From Candidatus Phosphitivorax anaerolimi (GTDB taxonomy: Bacteria > Desulfobacterota > Desulfomonilia > UBA1062): DNA of 64,000 nt. The DNA lies in the NCBI GenBank assembly GCA_001896555.1, contig MPOS01000002.1:77371-141370 (forward strand), in the 5' to 3' direction. Shown piece after piece: positions 48,764 to 59,325 of this stretch. The position numbers and the translations under genes were made by a program. Position 1 is the first letter of the stretch; the number at the start of each line of letters is the position of its first letter. A model generated the notes under the pieces. The model searched no databases. It was not told where the DNA came from and saw only the letters and a program-made list of their open reading frames with translations.

Positions 48764-50978
48764 TCTTCTTGCCCTTTTCCTTGGCGTCTTTTGCCCTCTT
48801 CATCTCCCCGTACTTCTCACGATAGAGCTCTTCGGTCTTCTGCTCAGTGTCGATGATCTGAGGGGTGAGGAAGATGTAGAGGTTGGTCTTCTCGTATTTC
48901 TTTGACCGTGACTTGAAGAGATGGCCCAAGATGGGGATTCTGCCCAGCAGAGGAACCCGGGTTTCGCCAAAGGTCACGGAGTCGCCGATGAGGCCGCCGA
49001 TGACCATGGTCGATCCGTCTTTGACCGTTACCGTGGTCTTGGCCGAGCGCTTCAGGGTTGTCGGGGCATACGCGTCAGCGCCCTGCCCCGCCACCAGGCT
49101 GGTGTTTTCCTGGAAGAGTTCGAGCCTGATCCAGCCCTGCTGGTTGATCTGGGGGGTAAACCGGAGCATCACGCCGACGTCGCGGTAGTCATAGGTCCGG
49201 ATGGTCCGGTCGATGTTCGTGGTATCTGTGTCCTCGCGGGTCACATAGGGCACATTGGCGCCCACCGTGATCTCGGCCTCCTTGTTGTCCAGAGTGATGA
49301 TCTGAGGGGTCGAGAGGATATTGACATCCGTGTCCTGAGCCATGGCGTTGATGAACGAGGCCATGTTCGGGAAGGTGATCTCGGTGCCGCCCTTGTTGAT
49401 CGTGATGGCATCCCCTACCACGCCGAACAGCGCTCCCGAGGGGAGATCGCCCAGGTTGGTGATGAAGTTGGTACCGGTCCTGCCGAAAACCCCGCCCGTT
49501 CTCTGGCCGTCGTCATAGGTGAAGTCTTCGAATGCCGACCATTCCACGCCCACCTTGAAATCTTGATTGGTGTTGACCTCCATGATCATGGCCTTCACGT
49601 AGACCTGTTTGCGCGGGATATCGAGGCATTTGATCGTCTCCAGGATGCTCTGGTAGGTATCTGGGTCTGCATAGATAATCAGGGAGTTGGTTTCCTTATC
49701 GAAGGAGATCTTGAAATTCTTTTCCCGCGACGTTCCGTATCCGCCCCTTGTGCCGGGCGCGCCTTCCACTGGGGCGGCCATGCTTTTTTCCGGAGTAGGC
49801 ATATCGGTCAGAACCTTGGCCAGGTCCTCGGCACTGCCATACTGGAGATAGTAGACGTGGATATCTTCCTTTCCCGTGGGGGTGGGAATATCGAGCTCCT
49901 TGATGAGGTTCGCGATCTCCGCCATGTCAATGGCGGAGGCCAGCACGATGAGGGAGTTGGTCCGCTCGTAGGGAATGATCCGTGCAGTGCCCCGTTGAGA
50001 AACGGCTGTCTGGTTCCTTGCGCTCCGGATGCGCTGTGCCCGGTCTGCGCGGTCTTCTGAGAGAATGTCCCGCAGCTTTGCGCTCAAGTCGGCTGCAGAG
50101 GCGTAGGTGAGCGAGAAGATCCTGAACTCTTCCCCGAACCCGGACTTGTCGATGATCTCGAGGATCTCGGTGATCTTTTTGATATTGGAGCGCGTATCCG
50201 TGATGATGAGCACATTGCTCTGGGGATAGGCCAGCAGCTGCGAGCTTCCCCTGGTCATGAGCGGGGTGAAGAGGGCCTTCATGTCATTGGCGTCTACGTG
50301 TTTGAGCTGGATGATCTGCGTGACCAGGACATCCTCCCGCTTCTTCGGCGAATCCGTCACCGTGTCAAGGCTCCGGGTGATGGCGTCGGCGGCCCTGATG
50401 ATCTTGGTCACCCCCCCGTTGGTGACCGTGCCGAAGCCGTTTACCTCCAGCACGCTCAAGAAGACCTGATATGCCTCATCCAGGGACATCTTGCGGGGCG
50501 AGATGACTGTGACCTTGCCGGAAACCTTGTCGTCGAGAATGAAGTTCTTGCCTGTGATGTCGGCGATGAACTTGATGAAGACCTTGATGTCCACACCGTC
50601 AAAGTCCATGGTGACATACTGCTTGTCGTCCTGCGCGGCATCGCCTGTTCCGGCGGTTCCGGCGCCGCCCTGAGGACCTGTCTTCGCCGGCGCAGGCGGC
50701 GAGGCGGGCGGGCGGGCGGCCGCACCCGGATTTATCCTCTCTGAGGGTTTCTGCACAGGGGGAGAGGGCGCAATCACTTCCCCGGCGTCTTCTTCATCGG
50801 TGCCGATTGCCGGGGCCGGCTTCTGCGGCACAGGGACGGCAGGCGCCTGAATCCCGGGCCTGCTCTCGCCCTGAGGCTGGCCGGCTGCCTGTCCCTGCAT
50901 CAGCCTCGCTCCCCACACTCCGGAAGAGCCGAGCATGAGAATAAGTATGGTGATAACCAGAATGTTTCGAGTTCTCAT
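48744..50978 (-). CDS. gspD: type II secretion system secretin GspD
   Basis: Signal peptide, Pro/Ala-rich linker, secretin N domains and C-terminal secretin domain (...VPLLGRIPILGHLF...). Start set at MRTRNILV after SD AAGGGGGA. Confidence 0.85.
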   Translation of the reverse strand: MRTRNILVITILILMLGSSGVWGARLMQGQAAGQPQGESRPGIQAPAVPVPQKPAPAIGTDEEDAGEVIAPSPPVQKPSERINPGAAARPPASPPAPAKTGPQGGAGTAGTGDAAQDDKQYVTMDFDGVDIKVFIKFIADITGKNFILDDKVSGKVTVISPRKMSLDEAYQVFLSVLEVNGFGTVTNGGVTKIIRAADAITRSLDTVTDSPKKREDVLVTQIIQLKHVDANDMKALFTPLMTRGSSQLLAYPQSNVLIITDTRSNIKKITEILEIIDKSGFGEEFRIFSLTYASAADLSAKLRDILSEDRADRAQRIRSARNQTAVSQRGTARIIPYERTNSLIVLASAIDMAEIANLIKELDIPTPTGKEDIHVYYLQYGSAEDLAKVLTDMPTPEKSMAAPVEGAPGTRGGYGTSREKNFKISFDKETNSLIIYADPDTYQSILETIKCLDIPRKQVYVKAMIMEVNTNQDFKVGVEWSAFEDFTYDDGQRTGGVFGRTGTNFITNLGDLPSGALFGVVGDAITINKGGTEITFPNMASFINAMAQDTDVNILSTPQIITLDNKEAEITVGANVPYVTREDTDTTNIDRTIRTYDYRDVGVMLRFTPQINQQGWIRLELFQENTSLVAGQGADAYAPTTLKRSAKTTVTVKDGSTMVIGGLIGDSVTFGETRVPLLGRIPILGHLFKSRSKKYEKTNLYIFLTPQIIDTEQKTEELYREKYGEMKRAKDAKEKGKKNENPKP

Positions 50979-50994
50979 TCTTCCCCCTTGTGTG

Positions 50995-51732
50995 CTACTG
51001 TGCACCCACGATTTCATCAAAATCCGCTGTATCCTTCAGGGTCAACAGGTCGGGATCCCGGACTGCCCAGTGGCGGGCCTCAGGGTTCATGGTGCACGCG
51101 GTTTTCAGATATGAAATGGCCTGGTTTTTATCGCCCATCTGCGCATAAGCGCACGCCAGGTTGTACACGGGCTCCACGGATTCCCTGGACAGAGATTTCG
51201 CCTGTTTGAAATAGTTGACTGCCTTTTCCGGCTCACCTTTGGCGAGCATGACGATCCCGATATTGTTCAGGAGGCGGGGTTCCCTTCTGGAAAATCGCAT
51301 CGCCTGCGTGTAAGCTGCCAGCGCCTTGTCGTATTCCCCTGCCATGTAATGCCGTTCTCCCTGGTCGATGTATGCATCCGAATCATCCTCTGCGGCGGAT
51401 CCGGTCATGGGTACCGAGGCTGCCTCCCGGGTCTTGCCGGCCTCATTGGTTCCGTTCTTCAGGTCGTCTGTCCGGGCTGCGGGGACGTTCCTGCCCCCTG
51501 AATCCTCCTGATATCCGCCACGGGCCGGCTCCTTGCCGGCCGGATCGCTGTCCCATTCGACAAATACAACTGCCGTAACGGCCCCGATGAGGCACACAAG
51601 GCAGAATGAAAGCGCCGTAACGAGCACCCATCGTCTCGCGTGCCCGGATGACTCCGCGTCGCGAGGGGAAGGGAAAAGCCGTGAATGCCTTTCTCCCTGA
51701 ATCCTTTTGAGGGCATCGTAAATGGAGCTCAT
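50995..51732 (-). CDS. membrane-anchored TPR-repeat protein (possible ExeB/GspB-like T2SS accessory)
   Basis: One N-terminal TM helix and C-terminal TPR repeats. Sits between exeA-like and gspD genes in the position GspB occupies in Aeromonas/Vibrio. Confidence 0.5.
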   Translation of the reverse strand: MSSIYDALKRIQGERHSRLFPSPRDAESSGHARRWVLVTALSFCLVCLIGAVTAVVFVEWDSDPAGKEPARGGYQEDSGGRNVPAARTDDLKNGTNEAGKTREAASVPMTGSAAEDDSDAYIDQGERHYMAGEYDKALAAYTQAMRFSRREPRLLNNIGIVMLAKGEPEKAVNYFKQAKSLSRESVEPVYNLACAYAQMGDKNQAISYLKTACTMNPEARHWAVRDPDLLTLKDTADFDEIVGAQ

Positions 51733-53234
51733 TGCATTCCTTTTTCAACCATATCAAAAACTACGAGTGTTTCCTCCCCCGCCACCCCGTCTCTCTTCAG
51801 GCCGAAATCCTCCTGCATCCGTTCGACGGCGGCGGCGGTGGTGATATCATAGAACCCGTCCTGCTCCACAGGGTATCCCATAGCGGCCAGGATGTGCTGT
51901 ATCCTCTCCACACCGTAGCCGGAGTCCCCCCTCGTATAGAACTCATCGTCAGGCCCCTTTGCATAGGTGAGGATGATGTTCCACTTATACAGAGACCGGA
52001 ATTCCCCCATGGGTATTTCGACCAGGGCCCGATTCCTACCGAGTACCCGCACGAAGTCGTCAGTTGCGTATACCAGAACCACATACCCCTTTTCAACCGA
52101 TGCGATCGACGGCCTGATGATGAACTTCAGGCGACCGGGATCGGGATGGAGGTTGAGCGTCTCAGGACCGGCCAGACCATCTTTGACCGTAGTGAGTATC
52201 TCCAGGGCTTCCACATAATCCGGTATCACGTATTGATCGGGCGACAGCGGGATGATCTCCTCGCCGTCATCCGCCTTGGGGACCTCGTGATCCGTGGCAA
52301 CGATGGTCGGGGCCATGTATTCCGACAGCTCGGAGAAGATGCTCGGCCAGACTATGGCTATGACCGCTGCGACAGCCGTGACCGCGAACACCGGCACGAG
52401 CAGCGACTTACGGCCAGCCGGCTCACCGTAGTTGCCCTTGAGCTCCTCCCGCGCCTCGGCGGCGATCGACCGGGTGACCCTCCTCTTGCCTTTGAGATAT
52501 GCGATCAGGAGAGACCTCTCGGCAATGGCGTTCACCCTCCGGGGAAGCCCCTGGGAATACTGGTGAATCAGCCTCTGTGCGCCAAGGGTGAAGACATCGC
52601 TCCGGGCCGCGCCTGCGACCTCCATGCGGTGACGAAGGTAGTCCCTGGTCTCGCGACGGCTCAGGGGCCACAGATGGTACCGCAGGACGATGCGGTCGTT
52701 TATCTGTCTCAAACCCGGCGACTGGAGCATCTGCGCCAGCTCGGGCTGGCCGATCATGACGATCTGCAGGAGTTTTTCCTTCTCGGTCTCCAGGTTGGAG
52801 AGCAGGCGGATCTGCTCCAGGACCCCGGGGGTGAGGTTCTGGCACTCGTCGATGATCAGCACTGCGTTCTCTCCCTGGATGAATACCTGGATGAGAAAAT
52901 CATAGAGATCATCCAGCAGTTCTTTGCGTGAGGTCGAGGAAGAGCTGATGCCGAAGTCCTGGTTGATGGCCTGCAGCAGCTCGACATCGGACAGAGAGGG
53001 GTTCAGTATCAGTGCGGTCCGGGTCTTGCCGGGAAGCGAGGCCAGCAGGCTGCGGCACAGGGTGGTCTTGCCCGTGCCCACCTCACCGGTGATCAGAACG
53101 AAGCCCTTGCGCTGATCGATCCCATACTGCAGGTGGGACAGAGCCTCTTTATGAACTTCCGAAAGAAAGAGATACTTCGGGTCGGGGGTGAGATTGAAAG
53201 GGTTTTCTATAAGCCCGAAAAAATCCTCAAACAT
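51729..53234 (-). CDS. GspA/ExeA-type AAA ATPase with C-terminal peptidoglycan-binding domain
   Basis: Walker A GEVGTGKTT in the N-terminal AAA domain, a TM segment and C-terminal PG_binding_1-like repeats (YGVERIQHILAAMGY...FGLKRDGVAG). Confidence 0.7.
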   Translation of the reverse strand: MFEDFFGLIENPFNLTPDPKYLFLSEVHKEALSHLQYGIDQRKGFVLITGEVGTGKTTLCRSLLASLPGKTRTALILNPSLSDVELLQAINQDFGISSSSTSRKELLDDLYDFLIQVFIQGENAVLIIDECQNLTPGVLEQIRLLSNLETEKEKLLQIVMIGQPELAQMLQSPGLRQINDRIVLRYHLWPLSRRETRDYLRHRMEVAGAARSDVFTLGAQRLIHQYSQGLPRRVNAIAERSLLIAYLKGKRRVTRSIAAEAREELKGNYGEPAGRKSLLVPVFAVTAVAAVIAIVWPSIFSELSEYMAPTIVATDHEVPKADDGEEIIPLSPDQYVIPDYVEALEILTTVKDGLAGPETLNLHPDPGRLKFIIRPSIASVEKGYVVLVYATDDFVRVLGRNRALVEIPMGEFRSLYKWNIILTYAKGPDDEFYTRGDSGYGVERIQHILAAMGYPVEQDGFYDITTAAAVERMQEDFGLKRDGVAGEETLVVFDMVEKGMQ

Positions 53235-53284
53235 GGCTATTGTCCATTCACCACCTTCATGACGTGCACCGGCGGATAAGTCCC

Positions 53285-54157
53285 CTACCGAAGCGGCACA
53301 GTCACCGTGGTCGGTTCCCCGTTTCTCTCCAGCTCCACCTGGACGCTGGACTCGTTCTGGAACTGCTGGTATGCCTTGAAAGCATCCTCCGGTGTGCGGA
53401 TTGGGATCCCGTTCACGGAACGGATGACATCCCCGGACCTGACCCCAAGCTCATAGATCATGGCATCACTGCTTAAGTTGCTCACCCTGAACCCGTAGGG
53501 CTCGCCGCCTTTGAAATACGGGACTACCCTGGCCTTTCCGATATACTCATCCAGGTTCTTCATGACATTGGTCAGTCCCGAGCTCTCCGCGGGTTCAGGG
53601 ATCTCTCTGGGCGGCCGGGCCGCCCGCGGAGGGGCCGCAGCAGCGGCCGGGGCCTTTGCCTTGGTCTCCACATCCTCGATGACCAGCATCTGCTCTTGTC
53701 CGCCCACGTCCACGATAACCTTGTTGCGGTAGATCGCCAGAAGTATGGCCCCCTTGATCTCGTCACCGATCTTGTAGCTCTTCTGTTCCTTGCGGTCTTC
53801 GATGATGGCCCGGGCGATCTCTTTCGGCCCTGCAATGGTTCCCTTCAAGGCCAGCCCCATCTCGGCGATGGGCCGGACGACATCCTCTTCCTCGGGCTGC
53901 TGCTTCGATGATGCCGGGGTGCTCTTGGAGACCTTCAGGAGATCTCTTTCCGAGATGATGTCGTACGCGGTTTTGGCCTGCGAGCCCGCCTGGCCGTGAG
54001 ACTCCTGGATGGTGCGTGTCTGAACGGGGCTGGGATAACTGTAGAGAAAATACCCTACCGTATTGACAATGATGCCCGCACCCACCCACGCAAAGAGGGT
54101 AAGCGCCAGCATCCGGGCGACCCATGGCATGTGTTTGAGCATACCCTTGACCGGCAT
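53285..54157 (-). CDS. type II secretion protein GspC-like (TM anchor + C-terminal PDZ domain)
   Basis: Single TM helix (ARMLALTLFAWVGAGIIV), a Pro/Ala-rich segment and a PDZ-like C-terminus (GDVIRSVNGIPIRTPEDAFKAY). The track ORF extends to 54319 and would overlap the EF-G gene; the internal Met was chosen. Confidence 0.5.
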   Translation of the reverse strand: MPVKGMLKHMPWVARMLALTLFAWVGAGIIVNTVGYFLYSYPSPVQTRTIQESHGQAGSQAKTAYDIISERDLLKVSKSTPASSKQQPEEEDVVRPIAEMGLALKGTIAGPKEIARAIIEDRKEQKSYKIGDEIKGAILLAIYRNKVIVDVGGQEQMLVIEDVETKAKAPAAAAAPPRAARPPREIPEPAESSGLTNVMKNLDEYIGKARVVPYFKGGEPYGFRVSNLSSDAMIYELGVRSGDVIRSVNGIPIRTPEDAFKAYQQFQNESSVQVELERNGEPTTVTVPLR

Positions 54158-54305
54158 ATCACCCCGCGGCCCGGAAATCAGGTCCGCCACCTCTGCCTGA
54201 AGGCATGTAAGCTCCTTCCTGGTGAAAACACATTTCCACTCCGGCACCCGCTGTTTGCAGCACCGCTCCGGAGTGAACCGTTCTCCTCTTCTTTCCCACA
54301 GAACA

Positions 54306-56324
54306 TCACACCTTGTCAAATCCGTGGAACATCATGCTGAAGCTCCCCCTTCCGCGGGTAAGCGAGCGGAGGGCCGTGGAGTAGCCGAATGTTCTGGAAA
54401 GAGGGACCAGGGCCTTTACCTGGTGGTACTTGCCCTTGATGACCACTCCCTCGATACTCGCTCTGCGCGAGCTTAAGTCTCCCACCACATCGCCCACATA
54501 CTCTTCCGGAGAGAGTATATCGATGTCCATGACCGGCTCCATCTTGACGACTCCGGCCTTGACCATGGCCTCCTGCACGGCCATCTGGGTTGCTATCTTC
54601 AGTCCCTGCGGCGTGGTCTTCTCGTTGAGCACCACCCTCTCCACGGTCGCATGGATATCCACAGCCTCGTATCCGAAGACGGGATCGGCCAGGCAGGCCT
54701 CTCTCAGTCCGTCGAACACATGATCCCTCATCTCCTGAGGGATGTCCTGCTCGAAGACAAAGGCATTGCCCTCCCCCCGCTTGTTGGGCCTGACCGAGAC
54801 CTTCACGTGCCCAGCGTGATCAGTCTCGCCGATCTTCTTTTCGAAGACCTTCTCCCCGCTCGCCGGCTGTTCGATGGTGGAGCAGTAGAGTACCTGCGGT
54901 TTGCCTACATTGATGTCAACGCCGAAGGCTGACTTGAACCGTTCCACCGCGATCTCCATATGCAGCTCGCCCATCCCGGCGAGGATCACCTGACCGGTGT
55001 CCGGGTCCTCACTCACCCTGATGGTAGGGTCCTCCTCCATGATCTTTTGCATGTTCTGTTCGAGTCTCGAGGCGGCGTCCGAGCTTTTGGGCTCGATCGC
55101 CACCGAGATCACGGGCTTGAGGACCGGAATAGGCTCGAGCACCACGGATTCCTCAAGAGAAGAGATAGTGTCGCCGGTCACTGAGCTCTTCAGACCCATT
55201 GCCGCCACAATATCTCCGGCGACCGCCTTGTCGATCCGCTGCCTTTCGTGGGAATGCATCTCAAAGAGCCGGGCGATCTTCTCCTTTGTCCCGCGGGTGG
55301 TGTTGTATACCTCGTCGCCCACGTGCAGGGTTCCGGAATAGAGTCTCAGATAGACCATCCTCCTGCCTTCGTCCATGTACACCTTGAACACGTATCCCAG
55401 CATGGGACCGTCGGTGGTAACTTCCACCGGCACGTCCCTTCCGGTGTCTTTATCATGGGCGATCATGGGCTTGACCTCATGGGGCGACGGGAGATAGTCG
55501 ATGATGGCGTTGATAAGCGGCTGTATGCCCTTGTTCCTCAGGGCCGACCCGCAGAGCACCGGGACGGCCTTGTTGTCGAGGGTGACCTTACGGACGGTCT
55601 CCTTGATCTTCCTCTCGTCGGGTATCTCTCCCGCCAGGTATTGCTCCATGATCTGGTCATCATAGTCTGCGAGGGCCTCAAGCAAAGAGTCGCGTGCCGT
55701 ACCCGCCTCTTCAAGCACATTGTCGGGTACGGGCAGAACCTGGAAGGTCGCACCCAGGCTGTCTTCATCCCAGACGAGCAGCCGCCACTCGACGAGATCC
55801 ACCACGCCTCTGAAGGCATCTCCCTCATAGTAGGGGATCTGGAGAAGAAGGGTCTTGACCTCGAGCCGCTCGTTCATCTGTCTGATCACAGAATCGAAGT
55901 CCGCTCCCAGCCGGTCGAGCTTGTTGATAAAGGCAACGGTGGGCACCCGGTATCTCCGGCACTGCTGCCATACTGTTTCTGTCTGGGCCTGGACCCCCCC
56001 AACCGCGCACAGGATCATCACCGCGCCGTCCAGGACCCTCAAAGAGCGCTCCACCTCAATGGTGAAATCCACATGTCCCGGGGTGTCGATGATATGGATC
56101 ACGTGATTGTTCCAGGCACAGGTAGTCACTGCAGAGGAGATGGTGATTCCCCGTTCCTGCTCCTGGGGCATCCAGTCCATGGTCGCCTGGCCGTCATGGA
56201 CCTCTCCCATGCGGTGAATCTTGCCCGCATAGTAGAGCACGCGCTCGGTCACCGTGGTCTTGCCTGCGTCGATGTGGGCTACGAAGCCCATATTCCGGAC
56301 CCGTGAAAGCTTTTTCCCGTTCAT
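54306..56324 (-). CDS. elongation factor G paralogue (EF-G2-like), not in a str operon
   Basis: G1 motif AHIDAGKTT, DTPGHVDF, NKLDR and full five-domain length (672 aa). Confidence 0.85.
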   Translation of the reverse strand: MNGKKLSRVRNMGFVAHIDAGKTTVTERVLYYAGKIHRMGEVHDGQATMDWMPQEQERGITISSAVTTCAWNNHVIHIIDTPGHVDFTIEVERSLRVLDGAVMILCAVGGVQAQTETVWQQCRRYRVPTVAFINKLDRLGADFDSVIRQMNERLEVKTLLLQIPYYEGDAFRGVVDLVEWRLLVWDEDSLGATFQVLPVPDNVLEEAGTARDSLLEALADYDDQIMEQYLAGEIPDERKIKETVRKVTLDNKAVPVLCGSALRNKGIQPLINAIIDYLPSPHEVKPMIAHDKDTGRDVPVEVTTDGPMLGYVFKVYMDEGRRMVYLRLYSGTLHVGDEVYNTTRGTKEKIARLFEMHSHERQRIDKAVAGDIVAAMGLKSSVTGDTISSLEESVVLEPIPVLKPVISVAIEPKSSDAASRLEQNMQKIMEEDPTIRVSEDPDTGQVILAGMGELHMEIAVERFKSAFGVDINVGKPQVLYCSTIEQPASGEKVFEKKIGETDHAGHVKVSVRPNKRGEGNAFVFEQDIPQEMRDHVFDGLREACLADPVFGYEAVDIHATVERVVLNEKTTPQGLKIATQMAVQEAMVKAGVVKMEPVMDIDILSPEEYVGDVVGDLSSRRASIEGVVIKGKYHQVKALVPLSRTFGYSTALRSLTRGRGSFSMMFHGFDKV

Positions 56325-56360
56325 GATTTCATTCCCGCATTCCTGATTTATGGCACAGCA

Positions 56361-57155
56361 TCATACACAAAGATCAACTTCGTATACATACTCCATTTTC
56401 TGTCCCAGAAAAATTTCTCCCAGCTCGATGAACCGCTCCGAGACATCTGAGAGGTAGTAGACCACCGACCGGTCACGGCCTGCAGAAGACGATGCCCCAT
56501 GGATCCCGGCAACGACGCGGGCTGTTGACACGGCTGAGTCCACAATGCGCACGCCCTCTCCTGCGACCCTTTGGAGGACCTGCTTGAGCATCGGATAATG
56601 GGTGCATCCGAGCAGAAGGGTGTCGATACCCTTGCTCAGGAGATCATCGAGATACCGGTGCGCCACCTGCTCGGTTATCGCATCGTCGCACCACCCCTCC
56701 TCCACCAGGGGGACAAAGAGCGGGCAGGCCCGGGAATGGACCTGTACCTCGGGCGAAAGGGCACGCAGCGCACTCTCATAGGCCCCGCTCCGGATGGTGG
56801 AAGGGGTCCCGATTACCCCGATGTTCTTTCCTCCCGCATCGATCGCGGCCCGTGACCCGGAGTCCACCACTCCGATCACCGGGATATTCAGGGCCTTTTC
56901 CAGCGCGGGCAGGGCATGCGAGCTTGCGGTGTTGCACGCCACAACCAGCATGTCGATGTTCTTGGAGGCGAGGAACTGTCCGCACTGAAGACTGTAGCGG
57001 ATAATGGTCCGGGGTGATTTCGTCCCATAGGGCAGGCGCGCGCAATCGCCCAGGTACACCACATCGGAATCGGGCACAAGAGAGAGGATCTCCTTGAGCA
57101 CAGTAATTCCTCCGATGCCTGAGTCGAATATACCGATTTTGTTTCTTTCTCTCAT
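56361..57155 (-). CDS. murI: glutamate racemase
   Basis: IGIFDSGIGG N-terminus and the two conserved Cys regions (ACNTAS, GCTHYP). Confidence 0.9.
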   Translation of the reverse strand: MRERNKIGIFDSGIGGITVLKEILSLVPDSDVVYLGDCARLPYGTKSPRTIIRYSLQCGQFLASKNIDMLVVACNTASSHALPALEKALNIPVIGVVDSGSRAAIDAGGKNIGVIGTPSTIRSGAYESALRALSPEVQVHSRACPLFVPLVEEGWCDDAITEQVAHRYLDDLLSKGIDTLLLGCTHYPMLKQVLQRVAGEGVRIVDSAVSTARVVAGIHGASSSAGRDRSVVYYLSDVSERFIELGEIFLGQKMEYVYEVDLCV

Positions 57156-57478
57156 GATTTCCCCGATCGGACCATTCCATCAATACATATTCCATCCCTG
57201 TCTATGTCTTTTGGGATACGGTGTCAAGCAGAGAGGAACGAGCCGGATCAGCCCAGCACCAGGGTTTCGGCGCGGGGAGTACGGCAAGTGGTGGATTCCC
57301 GGACTTATAAAAACCAATGATATGGTTTTTCTCGGGTGGATGGGCTGTTGTGAGACCCGGAGCCTGAGAGGTCTCATAATGGAGTGACAGCTCTTCGCTT
57401 TGCCCATAGAAATCCGTTTCGCTGCCACGTACAGATATGATATGGGAATTCCCTGTCAAGTAGCCCTGTACGAGGAGG

Positions 57479-58741
57479 ATGAACATGGAACACCGGATCG
57501 GCATTATCGGCCTTGGCTATGTCGGGCTGCCCCTGGCCGTTGAGTTCGGGAAAAAATATACCACCATCGGGTTCGATATCAATGAAAAGAGAATCAACGA
57601 GCTAAGGTCGTCCTTCGACCGGACGCGGGAGATGGACCGGGAAGAGCTGAATCGAGCACGATTCCTGACCTATACAACCGACGAGAACGAGCTCAAGCCA
57701 TGCAACATCTACATCGTCACGGTCCCAACCCCCATCGATATTTTCAACAGGCCTGACATCACACTGCTCCTGAAGGCGAGCGAGACTGTGGGCCGTGTGA
57801 TATCTCCCGGTGATATCGTGATCTACGAGTCAACCGTGTATCCCGGGGCAACCGAGGAAGACTGCGTGCCGGTGATCGAACGGGTGTCCGGGCTCACCTA
57901 CAATCAGGATTTCTTCTGCGGATACAGCCCCGAGCGCATCAATCCCGGCGATAAAAAACACCGGCTCACCACTATCAAGAAGGTGACCTCGGGCTCGACC
58001 CCGGAGGTCGCCGAAATCGTGGACTCCCTCTATGCATCCATTATCGAGGCCGGTACCCACCGCGCCCCTTCCATCCGGGTGGCGGAGGCTGCAAAGGTGA
58101 TCGAGAACGCCCAGCGGGACATCAATATCGCATTTATCAACGAGCTTTCCATGATCTTCGCACGCATGGGCATCCGGACCAAGGATGTTCTCGAGGCCGC
58201 GCGTACCAAGTGGAACTTCCTGAGCTTCGAACCGGGATTGGTGGGAGGGCACTGCATAGGAGTAGACCCCTACTACCTTACCCACAAGGCCGAAAGCCTG
58301 GGCTATATCCCGCAGATCATCCTCGCCGGCAGACGGCTGAACGACGGGATGGGGAGATACGTGGCAACCCAGCTCATCAAGATGATGGTGAAAAAGGCCC
58401 ACAGGATCACGGACTCCAATGTGCTGGTCATGGGAATCACTTTCAAGGAAAATTGCCCGGATATCCGAAACTCCAAGGTCATCGACATCATCCGCCAGCT
58501 TAAGGACTTTGCCTGCAATATCGACATTTTCGATCCCTTTGCCGACCCGGATGAGGTGAAGCATGAGTACGGGCTCGATATCATCACCTCGGAGGCGGGG
58601 CTCAGACCCCAGTACGAAGGGATCATGGTCGCTGTTTCGCATGATGAGTTCAGACAGATCGACATAAACAAATACAAAGCACCCGGTTGCGTAGTGTATG
58701 ATGTGAAAAACGTCTATAGTGACTCGGATGAGTATCTTTAG
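57479..58741 (+). CDS. UDP-N-acetyl-D-hexosamine/nucleotide-sugar 6-dehydrogenase (TviB/WbpA/WecC family)
   Basis: N-terminal [10 protein letters not shown] Rossmann fold and catalytic Cys region [12 protein letters not shown]. Confidence 0.8.
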   Translation: MNMEHRIGIIGLGYVGLPLAVEFGKKYTTIGFDINEKRINELRSSFDRTREMDREELNRARFLTYTTDENELKPCNIYIVTVPTPIDIFNRPDITLLLKASETVGRVISPGDIVIYESTVYPGATEEDCVPVIERVSGLTYNQDFFCGYSPERINPGDKKHRLTTIKKVTSGSTPEVAEIVDSLYASIIEAGTHRAPSIRVAEAAKVIENAQRDINIAFINELSMIFARMGIRTKDVLEAARTKWNFLSFEPGLVGGHCIGVDPYYLTHKAESLGYIPQIILAGRRLNDGMGRYVATQLIKMMVKKAHRITDSNVLVMGITFKENCPDIRNSKVIDIIRQLKDFACNIDIFDPFADPDEVKHEYGLDIITSEAGLRPQYEGIMVAVSHDEFRQIDINKYKAPGCVVYDVKNVYSDSDEYL

Positions 58742-58845
58742 TCCTAAGGGCGGCCCGTCCTTTCAAGACTCCGGATTTACAATCCATCGCTCCGAGGGTA
58801 TAAAGGCGTAAGAATCAAACAATACGAGGGAGAAAACACACTACC

Positions 58846-59322
58846 ATGAGCACTCTCTGGGCCCCCTGGCGCAGTGAATATATTACCCGGCCGAAAGATT
58901 CCTCGTGTGTGTTCTGCGCCGCCCCGCAAAACAATGACCCGCTTATTCTCAAGAAAGGCGCAAGCAGCTTTGTCATCATGAACAGGTTTCCCTATACGGC
59001 CGGTCATTGCCTGGTGGCGCCTTACCGCCATGTGGGGGACATTGTCGAGCTCAACGAAGAGGAGCTCCGCGATATCAACTCCCTGGTGCAGGAAGTCGTT
59101 GCAGCCATACGCAAGGCCATGAACCCCAACGGTTTCAACGTGGGGGTGAACATCGGATCGGCGGCAGGCGCAGGGATAGCCGATCACCTCCATGTTCACA
59201 TCGTACCCCGCTGGGCGGGAGACACCAATTTCATGCCCGTGATCGCCGAAACACATATCATCTCCGAGCACATCATGAAGACACGAGGCAAGATAGCCCA
59301 GGTGCTGGGTGGGGCGGAATAG
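58846..59322 (+). CDS. HIT-family hydrolase
   Basis: Histidine triad HLHVHIVPR. Confidence 0.8.
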   Translation: MSTLWAPWRSEYITRPKDSSCVFCAAPQNNDPLILKKGASSFVIMNRFPYTAGHCLVAPYRHVGDIVELNEEELRDINSLVQEVVAAIRKAMNPNGFNVGVNIGSAAGAGIADHLHVHIVPRWAGDTNFMPVIAETHIISEHIMKTRGKIAQVLGGAE

Positions 59323-59325
59323 TTC

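Noticed and set aside
57351-57376. 7-bp inverted repeat TGAGACC-N12-GGTCTCA in the murI / sugar-dehydrogenase divergent region
   Set aside because: Short arms with a 12-nt loop; the expected frequency by chance is not negligible, so it is not reported as a feature.
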